This document shows positions 25,252 through 34,082 of a stretch of DNA of 64,000 nt, piece by piece. The notes under the pieces were generated by a model. That model was not told where the DNA came from, did no database searches, and worked only from the letters and a program-made list of their open reading frames with translations. Origin of the DNA: an uncultured Eubacteriales bacterium (GTDB taxonomy: Bacteria; Bacillota; Clostridia; Christensenellales; CAG-138); assembly GCA_900546845.1 (NCBI GenBank), contig UREK01000001.1, positions 182,774 through 246,773 on the forward strand, in the 5' to 3' direction. A program made the position numbers and the translations under genes. The number at the start of each line of letters is the position of its first letter. Positions within the stretch are counted from its first letter, which is position 1.

Positions 25252-26526
25252 TCAGCGCAGGATGATCGCATCCCGGTCCGCGCCCACGGAAACATAAGAA
25301 ATGGGCCTGCCGATTGCGTTTTCCACATAGCGGACGTATTCCTGTGCGGCTGCGGGCAGATCGCCGAAGCAGCGTACGGCGCTGACGTCGCTGCCCCAAC
25401 CGGGCAGATATTCGATTACGGGCTTTGCCTCCGCGAGTGCAGCGGGGAAGGGGAATTCGTCTACACGCTTGCCGCCGATCTCATACTGCGTGCAGACGGG
25501 GATCCTTTCCATATAGGAGAGCACGTCGAGTTTGGTGAGGGCGATCTCCGTCGCGCCCTGCACGCGCGCGCCATAGCGCGTGGCAACCACGTCAAACGGG
25601 CCGACGCGGCGCGGGCGGCCCGTCGCGGCGCCGTATTCGCCGCCTGCTTCGCGCAGACGCTCCGCCTCCTCGCCGAACCATTCCGCCGTGAATGGACCTT
25701 CGCCCACACAGGTGGAGTAAGCCTTCACGATGCCGAGCACGGTATCCACCTTGAGGCTCGGCAGGCCGCAGCCGATGGGCGCGTAGGCCGCAAGCGGCGT
25801 AGAGGAGGAGGTATAAGGATAAATGCCATAATCAATATCCCTGAGCGCGCCGAGCTGGGCCTCGAACAAAATGTTCTTGCCTGCGGCCTGAGCATCGTTC
25901 AGGAAAACGCCCACATCGCACACATAAGGCTTGAGCTTGGCGCCGAATTCCTCTACCCAGGAGAGCAGGTCTGCGAGCGCATAAGGCTTTGCGCCATAGA
26001 CGTTCTCGATCGTGAGGTTCTTCCAGGCAAGCACGCCGGAAAGGTGGTTCTTCAAATATCCCGGGTAGAGCAGCTCGCCCATCATCAGGCTTTTCTTTTG
26101 GTATTTGTCGCTGTAAACGGGTGCGATACCGCGCTTAGTGGAGCCGTATTTGGCGTCCTTGAGGCGTGCTTCCTCAAGCTCGTCCAGCAGCTTATGATAG
26201 GGGAAAACGATGGTTGCCCGGTCGCTGATCTTGAAGTTTTCCGGCGTGACGGCAACGCCCGCCTGGCGCAGGGTCTCCATCTCGCCCCAAAGCGCCTCGA
26301 GGTCGATCACCGTGCCGTTGCCGAGCACGTTTACCACGCCCGGGCGGAAGATGCCCGAGGGGATCAGGTGCAGCGCGAACTTGCCGTATTCGTTGATGAC
26401 GGTGTGGCCCGCGTTGTTGCCGCCCTGGTAGCGGATGACGACGTCGTATTCCTCCGCGATAAGGTCCACCATGCGGCCCTTGCCCTCATCGCCCCAATTC
26501 ACGCCTACGATCGCGCAGTTTGCCAT
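25252..26526 (-). CDS. purA: adenylosuccinate synthetase
   Basis: In ORF 25252..26700(-), start at MANCAIVGVNWGDEGKGRMVD (26526), which includes the P-loop GDEGKG. Also GGNNAGHT. Confidence 0.9.
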   Translation of the reverse strand: MANCAIVGVNWGDEGKGRMVDLIAEEYDVVIRYQGGNNAGHTVINEYGKFALHLIPSGIFRPGVVNVLGNGTVIDLEALWGEMETLRQAGVAVTPENFKISDRATIVFPYHKLLDELEEARLKDAKYGSTKRGIAPVYSDKYQKKSLMMGELLYPGYLKNHLSGVLAWKNLTIENVYGAKPYALADLLSWVEEFGAKLKPYVCDVGVFLNDAQAAGKNILFEAQLGALRDIDYGIYPYTSSSTPLAAYAPIGCGLPSLKVDTVLGIVKAYSTCVGEGPFTAEWFGEEAERLREAGGEYGAATGRPRRVGPFDVVATRYGARVQGATEIALTKLDVLSYMERIPVCTQYEIGGKRVDEFPFPAALAEAKPVIEYLPGWGSDVSAVRCFGDLPAAAQEYVRYVENAIGRPISYVSVGADRDAIILR

Positions 26527-26656
26527 AGCTGATTTCCTCCATTTTTCAATTCGTAGGGGCGGCATTCCAATGGTATGCCATGCCGTTCCATCCTTATCAT
26601 ACCATGCTTTTCCCATAAGTGAACATATGAGATGCTTATAAACATATAAATAATGC

Positions 26657-26689
26657 GAATAAGAAGGGCGGCCTCCAAAGAGGCCGCCC
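26657..26689 (-). terminator. intrinsic terminator downstream of repeat copy B
   Basis: Stem gggcggcctc/gaggccgccc. On the minus strand it is followed by TTCTTATT. Confidence 0.55.
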
Positions 26690-26794
26690 CAGCTTGTCAA
26701 AAAAGTCTCTCCGGGATTGTCAAGAGCCGCGCCATGGGCGCAAGCGCGATGTGCAATCCTCGATCAAGTGGCATCTGCCACTTGATCGGCAGCC
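26690..26794. repeat. interspersed repeat, copy B (internally deleted, ~105 bp)
   Basis: The first ~36 nt and last ~70 nt match copy C almost exactly. The middle ~80 nt is absent. Starts 8 nt after the stop codon at 26803. Confidence 0.85.
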
Positions 26795-26802
26795 TGCGAC
26801 GC

Positions 26803-27363
26803 TTACTCGTTGCCGATGGCCATGTTCGCGCCGATGGGGAGCGTAAGGTAAGTGGTCATATACCAGTGGTTGTTCACCAGCACGAGGATCATCTCGTTGG
26901 TGTAAACGCTTTCGGTTCCGTCGCTGGCGGTGAAGACGATTTCGTATTTGGCGCGTGCGGCCTTATCCGAGTTCGGGAACGTCTGCCGGATCATCGCCAC
27001 TTCCGACACGCCGTATTCGGAAAGCTCCGTCAGCCGCACGGCTGTGGTGAACCCCTCGCCAACCTCAAGGATCGCTTCCTGCGCATAGTTGCGGAAAAAG
27101 GCCGGCGAGACTCCGCCCATGGACATTACGGTCTGGAAATCCTCCCGCGCTTCCTCCGCGAGGCACTGCGTCATGGCATCAAGGTCGCTTTCGATATATA
27201 GGGCGTTGTAAAACGCAGCGAGCGTCTTTTGGATGACGGCCCTGCGCTCGGCGGAGGCGGCGAATGCGAGCCCCGCGATGAGCGCCGCCGCAGCGAGGAC
27301 GCAAACAAAGATGAGCCAGATGTTTTTTCGATTTTTTTTGCTTACTTGCTGTTCTTTGGGCAT
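26803..27363 (-). CDS. hypothetical membrane-anchored protein
   Basis: 186 aa. Basic N-terminus, one TM helix (IWLIFVCVLAAAALIAGLAFAA), then a soluble domain. No family recognised. Confidence 0.55.
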   Translation of the reverse strand: MPKEQQVSKKNRKNIWLIFVCVLAAAALIAGLAFAASAERRAVIQKTLAAFYNALYIESDLDAMTQCLAEEAREDFQTVMSMGGVSPAFFRNYAQEAILEVGEGFTTAVRLTELSEYGVSEVAMIRQTFPNSDKAARAKYEIVFTASDGTESVYTNEMILVLVNNHWYMTTYLTLPIGANMAIGNE

Positions 27364-27640
27364 AACAGATGCTTCCTTTCGTGTTCAAACAAAAACTTTA
27401 ACCAAAACGATACCTAAAAGGATACATGCCACGCAGCGTTTTTGCAAGCAGAAAAACCGTCAGGCGTTTTGGCGCACGCTGAACAGCATGGGCTTCTGCG
27501 TCAGCCGTTCGATGGGCTCACCGCGTTGATCTGGGCAAGCGTATCTCCGCCATCATAAGCGGAGGGAGGGGGACTCGTATTCCGCGGCAGTCAGGCGCGC
27601 GCGGATGCACTTGCTGGCGGCCACTTGATCATTCGATGAC

Positions 27641-27704
27641 AGAAAAATGCGGCCCCTGCCCCGATTCGGTATAATGACCGCATTTGAGGCAAGCAGGGCC
27701 GCAT
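27641..27704 (-). terminator. possible terminator after metH (long-loop hairpin)
   Basis: atgcggccc...gggccgcat pairs across 27647..27704. On the minus strand it is followed by TTTTCT. Confidence 0.35.
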
Positions 27705-27745
27705 CCATCTGCAAACAAACCGTAAGAAGCCGGAAGGATATAGCG

Positions 27746-30127
27746 CTACTCGGGGTATACCTCGCACGCGCGGCGCACGGATTCCATCGCGTCGCGCACG
27801 TAGAAATCCGCGCCGATGTCACGGGCGTATTCCTCCGTGAGCACCGCGCCGCCGCACATTACGAGGCAGCCGGGCGCCGCTTTGCGCAGCGCCTCGATGG
27901 TGCGCTTCATGCTGGGGGCGGTGGTGGTCATGAGCGCGGAAAGGCCCACGAGGCGCGCCTTGTGGGCGACGGCCGCTTCCACAATCGCCTCCGGCGGCAC
28001 GTCCTTGCCGAGATCGACCACGCGGAACTGATAGTTTTCAAGCAGCGCCTTTACGATGTTCTTGCCGATGTCGTGCACATCCCCCTGCACGGTGGCGACG
28101 ACGACCGTCCCCCGGGCTGCGCCCGCCCCATCGCCCATCCGCGCGCGGATGACCGAGAAGGCAGCCTTCGCCGCTTCCGCGCACATGAGAAGCTGCGGCA
28201 GGAACAGCGTCCCGGCCTCAAAGCGATCACCTGCCGCGTTGAGCGCGGGGATCATGGATTCCTCGATGACCGCAAGCGGCTCCTTTTGCTGGAGGTCCCG
28301 CTCCGCCGCCTCCTGCGCAACTTGGCGCAGACCCTTGAGCACCGCGTCATAAAGACTCATCTGCTGCTGCGCGGGGGCGCTTGCGGGCGCGGCGGAAGCG
28401 CCGCCGTAGGCCTTGATGTATGCGGCGCAGTTTTCGTCCGCGCCGAGCAGCGCCGTGCAGGCGCGCCCGGCCTCCAGCATGCCGGGGGCATGGGGGTTCA
28501 GGATCGCAGCGGAAAGCCCTGCGCCCAGGGCGAGCGCGAAAAAGTTCGCGTTGAGGTATGCCCGCGCGGGCAGGCCGAAGGAAACGTTGGAAACGCCCAG
28601 CGAGGTGCAAACGCCGAGCTCCTCATGCAGGCGGCGCACGCATTCGAGCGTGACGCGGCCGTTGCCGCTGCCGGAGCTGACGGTGAGCGTCAGCGGGTCA
28701 AACAGGAAATCGTGCGGCTTAAGACCGTATTCCGCGCCGCGGGCGAGGATGCGCCGGGCGATCGCCAGGCGGCCTTCCACATCCTCCGGGATGCCGCTTT
28801 CATCGAGCGTGAGCGCAACGACTACGCCGCCGTAGTGCGCCGCGAGCGGGAACACCGCCGCCATGCTGCTTTCCTTGCCGCTGACGGAGTTGATGATGGC
28901 CTTCCCATTGTAAACGCGCAGCGCCCGGGCGAGCGCCTCTGGATCCGCGGAATCGAGCTGAAGCGGGAGATCGGTCACGGCCTGGAGCTGCTCCGTGAGC
29001 GCGGTGAGCACGGCGGGCTCATCCAGTTCCGGCAGGCCGGCGTTCACGTCGAGCGCGTCCACGCCCTGTTCCTGCTGCAAAATGCCTTCGCGCAAAATAA
29101 GGTCGTAATCGCCATCCCGCAGCGCCTGCTTCATGCGCGGCTTGCCAGTGGGGTTGATGCGTTCGCCGATGAGCACGGGCTTGCCCTGGCCGAAGCAGAC
29201 GGCCCGCGCATAGGAAGAAGCAACGGTGCGGCGCTTTTCCGTGACGGCCGGGGGCGTGAGCCCCGCGCACCGCGAAACGAGCGCGCGGATGTGCGCCGGG
29301 GTCGTGCCGCAGCAGCCGCCCACGAGGCTTGCGCCGCTGCGGACGCATTCCGCCAGCAACGCGGCGAATTCATCCGGACCCACGTCAAACACGGTCTCGC
29401 CGTCCACCTCCCGCGGGAGGCCCGCATTGGGCTGGAGCAGGATGGGCAGGCTCGACGCGGTGCGCAATTCCTTCAGGAACGGGAGCATTTCGCGGGGACC
29501 GAGGCCGCAGTTGAGGCCAAGCGCGTCCACGTGGAGGCCCTCGAGCAGCGCGACGACGCTTGCGACGTCGCCGCCGGTGAGGAGTTTGCCGCGCCGGTCG
29601 AGCGTCACGGTGGCGCAGACAGGCAGGGTGGAGGCCTCCTTCGCGGCGAGCACGGCTGCCTTGAGCTCATAAGCGTCGGACATGGTTTCGATCAAAACGA
29701 GATTCGCGCCTGCCGCAGCGCCTGCTTCGATGCTTTCGCGGAACATGGCGTAAGCGTCCTCAAAGGCAAGGTCGCCCAAGGGCTTCAGCAGCTTGCCCGT
29801 GGGGCCGACGTCGAGCGCGACGAAGCGGGGCTTCCCGCCCGCGCGCGCGATTGCCGCCTGCGCGTTCCGCACGGCGGCCGTGGCAACCTCCGCAGCGCTG
29901 TAGCCGGTGCGCGCGAGCTTATGCGCCGTGCAGCCAAAGGTGTTGGTGGTGACGACGTCGCACCCGGCCGCAAGGTACGCCATGTGGATGGCGGTCACCT
30001 CGTCCGGATGGATAAGGTTCCAAACGTCCGGCGCTTCGCCCGCCGGGAGGCCCGCGCATTGCAGCATGGTACCCATTGCGCCGTCAAAAAACAGCAGTTG
30101 CTTTTGCAGCAGTTCCTGAAATTTCAT
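27746..30127 (-). CDS. metH: cobalamin-dependent methionine synthase core (Hcy-binding, pterin-binding and B12-binding modules; no activation domain)
   Basis: Start at MKFQELLQKQLLFFDGAMGTML (30127). B12 motif GDVHDIGKNIV...GLSALMTTT. About 793 aa, too short to include the AdoMet activation domain. Confidence 0.88.
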   Translation of the reverse strand: MKFQELLQKQLLFFDGAMGTMLQCAGLPAGEAPDVWNLIHPDEVTAIHMAYLAAGCDVVTTNTFGCTAHKLARTGYSAAEVATAAVRNAQAAIARAGGKPRFVALDVGPTGKLLKPLGDLAFEDAYAMFRESIEAGAAAGANLVLIETMSDAYELKAAVLAAKEASTLPVCATVTLDRRGKLLTGGDVASVVALLEGLHVDALGLNCGLGPREMLPFLKELRTASSLPILLQPNAGLPREVDGETVFDVGPDEFAALLAECVRSGASLVGGCCGTTPAHIRALVSRCAGLTPPAVTEKRRTVASSYARAVCFGQGKPVLIGERINPTGKPRMKQALRDGDYDLILREGILQQEQGVDALDVNAGLPELDEPAVLTALTEQLQAVTDLPLQLDSADPEALARALRVYNGKAIINSVSGKESSMAAVFPLAAHYGGVVVALTLDESGIPEDVEGRLAIARRILARGAEYGLKPHDFLFDPLTLTVSSGSGNGRVTLECVRRLHEELGVCTSLGVSNVSFGLPARAYLNANFFALALGAGLSAAILNPHAPGMLEAGRACTALLGADENCAAYIKAYGGASAAPASAPAQQQMSLYDAVLKGLRQVAQEAAERDLQQKEPLAVIEESMIPALNAAGDRFEAGTLFLPQLLMCAEAAKAAFSVIRARMGDGAGAARGTVVVATVQGDVHDIGKNIVKALLENYQFRVVDLGKDVPPEAIVEAAVAHKARLVGLSALMTTTAPSMKRTIEALRKAAPGCLVMCGGAVLTEEYARDIGADFYVRDAMESVRRACEVYPE

Positions 30128-30771
30128 TCCTTGGGTTCCTTTCGGTATTCGCAGGAAAGATTGTCGCACTGGGCGCACTTATGCTGCGCGCAGGGCTGCT
30201 TTTCCGGGGAAAGGCCGATCACGGCCGTGATGGACTTGAGCGGCGTGAGCATGTGTGAATCCGTTTCGGCAAGGCCGAGCCGCCTGTCCGCCTGCAACGC
30301 GCAGAGAAGCTCCGTCTGATGTTCGATGGAAAAACCGCCATACCCAGGCGAGAAGCGCGGGCGCAGAAAAAGCCCCTTCGGCGCGCATTCTGCCGCAAGG
30401 ACGGCGCATGCGTCATCCGAAAAGCATTCGAGCGCACTCGCGGCGCAGGCCTGCAGTGCGAATGCGCGCGCAACTTCGGTTCGGCTGAGCCGCGCCATCG
30501 CCCGGTCCACCTGCGCGCCGAGCGTCGCCGCAAACAGATACGCTTCCCGGCAGCCGGAAAGGCGCGCGGCAAGGGCGGGGGAATCGGCCGTGAACGCCTG
30601 GAGCGCCACGCGCGCGCCCACGACTTCCACCGGCACACGCAGGGCCGCATAGCGCGGTGCGGCGCATGCGTCGAGCTCATCCGCCGCTGCGCGCAGCAGC
30701 GCGAGCGTCTGCGCGTCCGGCGCGCCCTTCGCGCCGAGGTAGCACAGGGCCTCCTCCTCCCGGAACCTCAT
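30124..30771 (-). CDS. stand-alone methionine synthase activation (AdoMet-binding) domain protein
   Basis: 215 aa. RPRFSPGYGGFSIEHQ and MLTPLKSITAVIGL resemble the MetH reactivation domain. 4-nt overlaps with metF upstream and metH downstream. Confidence 0.7.
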   Translation of the reverse strand: MRFREEEALCYLGAKGAPDAQTLALLRAAADELDACAAPRYAALRVPVEVVGARVALQAFTADSPALAARLSGCREAYLFAATLGAQVDRAMARLSRTEVARAFALQACAASALECFSDDACAVLAAECAPKGLFLRPRFSPGYGGFSIEHQTELLCALQADRRLGLAETDSHMLTPLKSITAVIGLSPEKQPCAQHKCAQCDNLSCEYRKEPKE

Positions 30772-31640
30772 GCTTTTTTCCCCAGGATGTGGGAGAGGTT
30801 TGCCATGATCCGTCCGGCGATGTCCGGCCGGTTCATGGTGTAAAGGTGCACGCCGCGCACGCCGTTTGCAACGAGGTCGATGATCTGCTCCGTTGCATAA
30901 GCGACGCCGGCCTCCTCCATGGAAGCGCTGTTATCCCCGAAACGGTCGAGGATGTTCTGGAAGCGCGGCGGCAGGGAAGTGCCGCTCAAATGGATGATGC
31001 GGGTCATCTGCTTTTTGTTGGTGACGGGCATGATGCCCGCGAGCACGGGGACGTTGATGCCCCTTGCGTAAAGTTTATAAAGAAAGCGGTAAAGCACGTT
31101 GTTGTCGAAGAACATCTGCGTGGTCAGGAAATCGCATCCGGCCTCCACTTTGCGTTTGAGGTTTGCGATGTCCTCCTCCTGGCAGGCGCTTTCCACGTGC
31201 CCCTCCGGGTAGCATGCGCCGCCGACGCAGAAACCGCCGTGCGCGCGGATCTCCGCCACAAGCTCGTTCGCGTGCTGGAAGCAGGCGTCGTCCGGCCTGG
31301 TTTCGCCTTCGGGCAGGTCGCCGCGCAGGGCGAGCACATTTTGCACACCGCTTTCCTGCATGGCGGCAAGCCGCGCGCCGATGTCCGCGCGCAAGGCGGA
31401 GACGCAGGTCAGATGCGCAAGGGCGGTGCAGCCCTGCTTCCCGATGTGGTGGGCCATGCGCAGCGTGTTGCGGGAGGTGCTGCCGCTCGCGCCGTAGGTG
31501 ACGCTGATGAAATCGGGCTGGAGGCGCACGGTCTGTTCCACGACTTCGTCCGCGCGGGCAAGGTCCGTCCCGGCCTTGGGCGGGAAAAGCTCGCAGGAAA
31601 ACGTTACGGGTTTCGTTTGTAAAAGCTCCCGGATGAGCAT
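30768..31640 (-). CDS. metF: 5,10-methylenetetrahydrofolate reductase
   Basis: 290 aa. FSCELFPPK, ISVTYGASGS, LALRGD and FFD are typical MetF motifs. Confidence 0.88.
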   Translation of the reverse strand: MLIRELLQTKPVTFSCELFPPKAGTDLARADEVVEQTVRLQPDFISVTYGASGSTSRNTLRMAHHIGKQGCTALAHLTCVSALRADIGARLAAMQESGVQNVLALRGDLPEGETRPDDACFQHANELVAEIRAHGGFCVGGACYPEGHVESACQEEDIANLKRKVEAGCDFLTTQMFFDNNVLYRFLYKLYARGINVPVLAGIMPVTNKKQMTRIIHLSGTSLPPRFQNILDRFGDNSASMEEAGVAYATEQIIDLVANGVRGVHLYTMNRPDIAGRIMANLSHILGKKA

Positions 31641-31900
31641 AGTGGGGTTCCTTTCTGAAAACGAGGAATTTTTTGTGCCGCCAGGCGGCGCAACTCAACA
31701 AAAATCCTGCCCCGCATCCGCCAAGACAGGTGTGAATTATATATAATATATGCTACTGCATGGCGCGCGGGCATGTCAAGGGATTTTGGCGCGATCCGGC
31801 GTTTGACCGGCGCTCCTGCGTCTGGTATACTCGGCGCAGGGCATCGGGTTTTCCGGAATGATGCGCTATAAAAATAGGAGCGGCGGGGAGGAATTTAAAG

Positions 31901-32719
31901 ATGCGGACACGGATGAAGGGGAAAACGGTGTTGATTACCGGCGCGTCCAGCGGCATTGGCCGCGCGGCGGCGCTGGCCTTTGCGCGGGAGGGGGCTTCGC
32001 TTGCGCTCATTGCGCGCAACGCGGTGCGCTTGCAGGCGGTTGCGGAAGAGGCGCGCGCGTTTGGCGTGGAGGCGGAGGCGTACCTTGCGGATACAGCGGA
32101 CCGGGCGCAGATTGAAGCGGCGGTTGCATCCGCGCTCTCCCGCTTTGGGAAACTTGACGCCGCAATCTGCAACGCGGGGATTTACCTGCGCTGCCCGGCG
32201 AAGGACCTGACCATGGCGCAGATCCGCGCCATAATGGAGACGAACTTTTTCGGCACGCTCAACACTGCATACGCTGTTTTGCCGCATATGCTCGCGCAGG
32301 GCGCGGGCAGCATCGTGGCCACCTGCTCGATGGATGGGAAGAAGGGCGTGCCGCCGGACGCCGCCTACGCCGCCACGAAGTTTGCGCTCAACGGTTTCCT
32401 GCAGGTGCTCCGGCAGGAGCTGCGGGGCAGCGGCATACACGTGGGTACGATCTTCCCAAGCCGGACGGATACGCCGCAGATTGCGCATGTGGATTGCCCG
32501 GGGATCACGCCCAAGGCGGCGCCTTCCCTCGTTGCGAAGGCTATGGTGAAATGCGTGTTGAAACGCAAAAAGGAGATGCTCGTTCCATTTGGCCCCTGCA
32601 AGCTGCTCGTGCTGGCGGACGCGGTTTCGCCGAGCCTTGGGGATTGGATGGTGCGCGCTTTTCGGCTCGACGGGGTTGCGGCGCGGGAACCTGTCGTGCT
32701 GGAGGAAAGTTTGAAATAG
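31901..32719 (+). CDS. short-chain dehydrogenase/reductase (SDR)
   Basis: 272 aa. TGASSGIGRA, NAG and YAATK motifs. Confidence 0.85.
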   Translation: MRTRMKGKTVLITGASSGIGRAAALAFAREGASLALIARNAVRLQAVAEEARAFGVEAEAYLADTADRAQIEAAVASALSRFGKLDAAICNAGIYLRCPAKDLTMAQIRAIMETNFFGTLNTAYAVLPHMLAQGAGSIVATCSMDGKKGVPPDAAYAATKFALNGFLQVLRQELRGSGIHVGTIFPSRTDTPQIAHVDCPGITPKAAPSLVAKAMVKCVLKRKKEMLVPFGPCKLLVLADAVSPSLGDWMVRAFRLDGVAAREPVVLEESLK

Positions 32720-32756
32720 AAGGGGTCTCCCCAATCCCGCCATTGCAATCCTCCAA

Positions 32757-32784
32757 CAGTAAAAAGCACCCGAAGGTGCTTTTT
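32757..32784. terminator. bidirectional terminator hairpin
   Basis: aaaaagcacc-cgaa-ggtgcttttt. It serves the plus-strand SDR gene and, on the minus strand, lies just beyond repeat copy C. Confidence 0.7.
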
Positions 32785-32787
32785 ACT

Positions 32788-32974
32788 CAGCTTGTCAAAA
32801 AAGTCTCTCCGGGATTGTCAAGGGCCACAGCCCTTGACTTTCAATCGCGAGCAGCGGCCTGTGCGGTGCGAGCGAAAAGCCTTGCACCGCAAACACGGAG
32901 CGCTGGCCGCGCCATCGGCGCAAACGCGATGTGCAATCCTCGATCAAGTGGCATCTGCCACTTGATCGACAGCC
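32788..32974. repeat. interspersed hairpin-rich repeat, copy C (~187 bp)
   Basis: Aligns with copy A throughout. Its 3' ~70 nt are near-identical to copy B. Confidence 0.85.
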
Positions 32975-33063
32975 TGAGCAGTGACCTGCTTTGATACGAA
33001 ATGCACACCTCCTCGCCTTCTCGTTAAAAGGTTTGGGAATAATTAAGATGTGCACACAGATAT

Positions 33064-33528
33064 TTATTCTATGGATTCCGGGTCTCCCGCTTCTTCATTG
33101 CCGAGATACACTTCATATGGTTTTCTCTCACAAAAATTCATAATCTGCCGTCTTAGCTTTGAGGGATATAATTGCTGCAAATTTAGCGTAGAAATATCTA
33201 GCCATTCGACGCCGACTTGATTTGTATCATTTTGGAGCACAGCGTGAGGGATCTCATTTATGAATTCACAGTGAAAAATCAGGTCGACTCGATGAAAACG
33301 CTCACCATGAACGCCTTCTACAACGAAAAGAAGTTCTTTACACTTTACATTGATACCTAATTCTTCCGATACTTCACGGCAAACTGCTTCCTGCAATGTT
33401 TCTTCAGGCTCTTGCCCACCACCGGGCATAATGTACCATTCTTCGCCGGCATCTCTAATTTTGATCGCAGCCATTTTTCCATCTCTGATGATCAGTGCTT
33501 TGGCAGAGTTTCTGATTTTTCTTTCCAT
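33064..33528 (-). CDS. NUDIX hydrolase
   Basis: 154 aa with the Nudix box GGGQEPEETLQEAVCREVSEELGI. The gene and its flanks are visibly lower in G+C than their surroundings. Confidence 0.85.
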   Translation of the reverse strand: MERKIRNSAKALIIRDGKMAAIKIRDAGEEWYIMPGGGQEPEETLQEAVCREVSEELGINVKCKELLFVVEGVHGERFHRVDLIFHCEFINEIPHAVLQNDTNQVGVEWLDISTLNLQQLYPSKLRRQIMNFCERKPYEVYLGNEEAGDPESIE

Positions 33529-33616
33529 GCGTTGCGTCCCCCACTATTTGTTCCCCAAAAACGAAAAACTGGACACCAATCATAATACCCATTGTATCAT
33601 AATTGCTGTCCAGTTA

Positions 33617-33690
33617 TGGAGCGGGTAAAGGGACTCGAACCCTCTATCTCAGCTTGGAAGGCTAATGTGTTACCATTACACTATACCCGC
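33617..33690 (-). tRNA. tRNA-Gly (anticodon UCC)
   Basis: The reverse complement folds as a cloverleaf: GCGGGTA acceptor, anticodon loop CTTCCAA, GGTTCGAGTCC T-arm, encoded CCA. Confidence 0.9.
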
Positions 33691-33710
33691 GCGCCAAGGA
33701 GGTTGGAAAC

Positions 33711-33795
33711 TGGTGCGGGCGAAGAGACTCGAACTCATACGCCTTGCGGCACCGGAACCTAAATCCGGCGCGTCTGCCAATTCCGCCACGCCCGC
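33711..33795 (-). tRNA. tRNA-Leu (anticodon UAG)
   Basis: 85 nt with a long variable arm. Anticodon stem-loop ccgga-TTTAGGT-tccgg. Encoded CCA. Confidence 0.9.
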
Positions 33796-33815
33796 ATTCG
33801 CGCCGAATAAAAAAT

Positions 33816-33891
33816 TGGTGACCCGTCGGAGATTCGAACTCCGGACACCTTGATTAAAAGTCAAGTGCTCTACCGGCTGAGCTAACGGGTC
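33816..33891 (-). tRNA. tRNA-Lys (anticodon UUU)
   Basis: GACCCGTTAGCTCAGCCGGTAGAGC..., anticodon loop CTTTTAA, encoded CCA. Confidence 0.9.
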
Positions 33892-33896
33892 AAATC

Positions 33897-33971
33897 TGGC
33901 TGGGGTGGCAGGATTTGAACCTACGAATGCGGGAGTCAAAGTCCCGTGCCTTACCGCTTGGCGACACCCCA
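33897..33971 (-). tRNA. tRNA-Gln (anticodon UUG)
   Basis: TGGGGTGTCGCCAAGCGGTAAGGC..., anticodon loop CTTTGAC, encoded CCA. Confidence 0.9.
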
Positions 33972-33999
33972 ACGACTCCGGCGCACCGCTGAACAAAAA

Positions 34000-34077
34000 T
34001 GGGGTGAGTGGTGGGAGTCGAACCCACGACCTCCAGAGCCACAATCTGGCGTTCTAACCAACTGAACTACACCCACC
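34000..34077 (-). tRNA. tRNA-His (anticodon GUG)
   Basis: An extra 5' G(-1) opposite the C discriminator, anticodon loop ATTGTGG, encoded CCA. Confidence 0.9.
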
Positions 34078-34082
34078 ATAAC

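Noticed and set aside
26527-26689. Purine or PRPP riboswitch in the purA leader
   Set aside because: I could not find the conserved purine-riboswitch junction/loop sequences. Only a generic hairpin (cggcat...atgccg) is present.
27647-30319. 890-aa ORF on the plus strand
   Set aside because: It is antisense to the clearly recognisable metH and activation-domain genes. Its translation is Arg/Ala/Gly-rich with no motifs, which is typical of spurious long antisense ORFs in high-G+C DNA.
20520-32974. Could the repeats be a CRISPR array?
   Set aside because: The copies are 3-6 kb apart and 105-196 bp long. They are separated by ordinary genes, and no cas genes are present.
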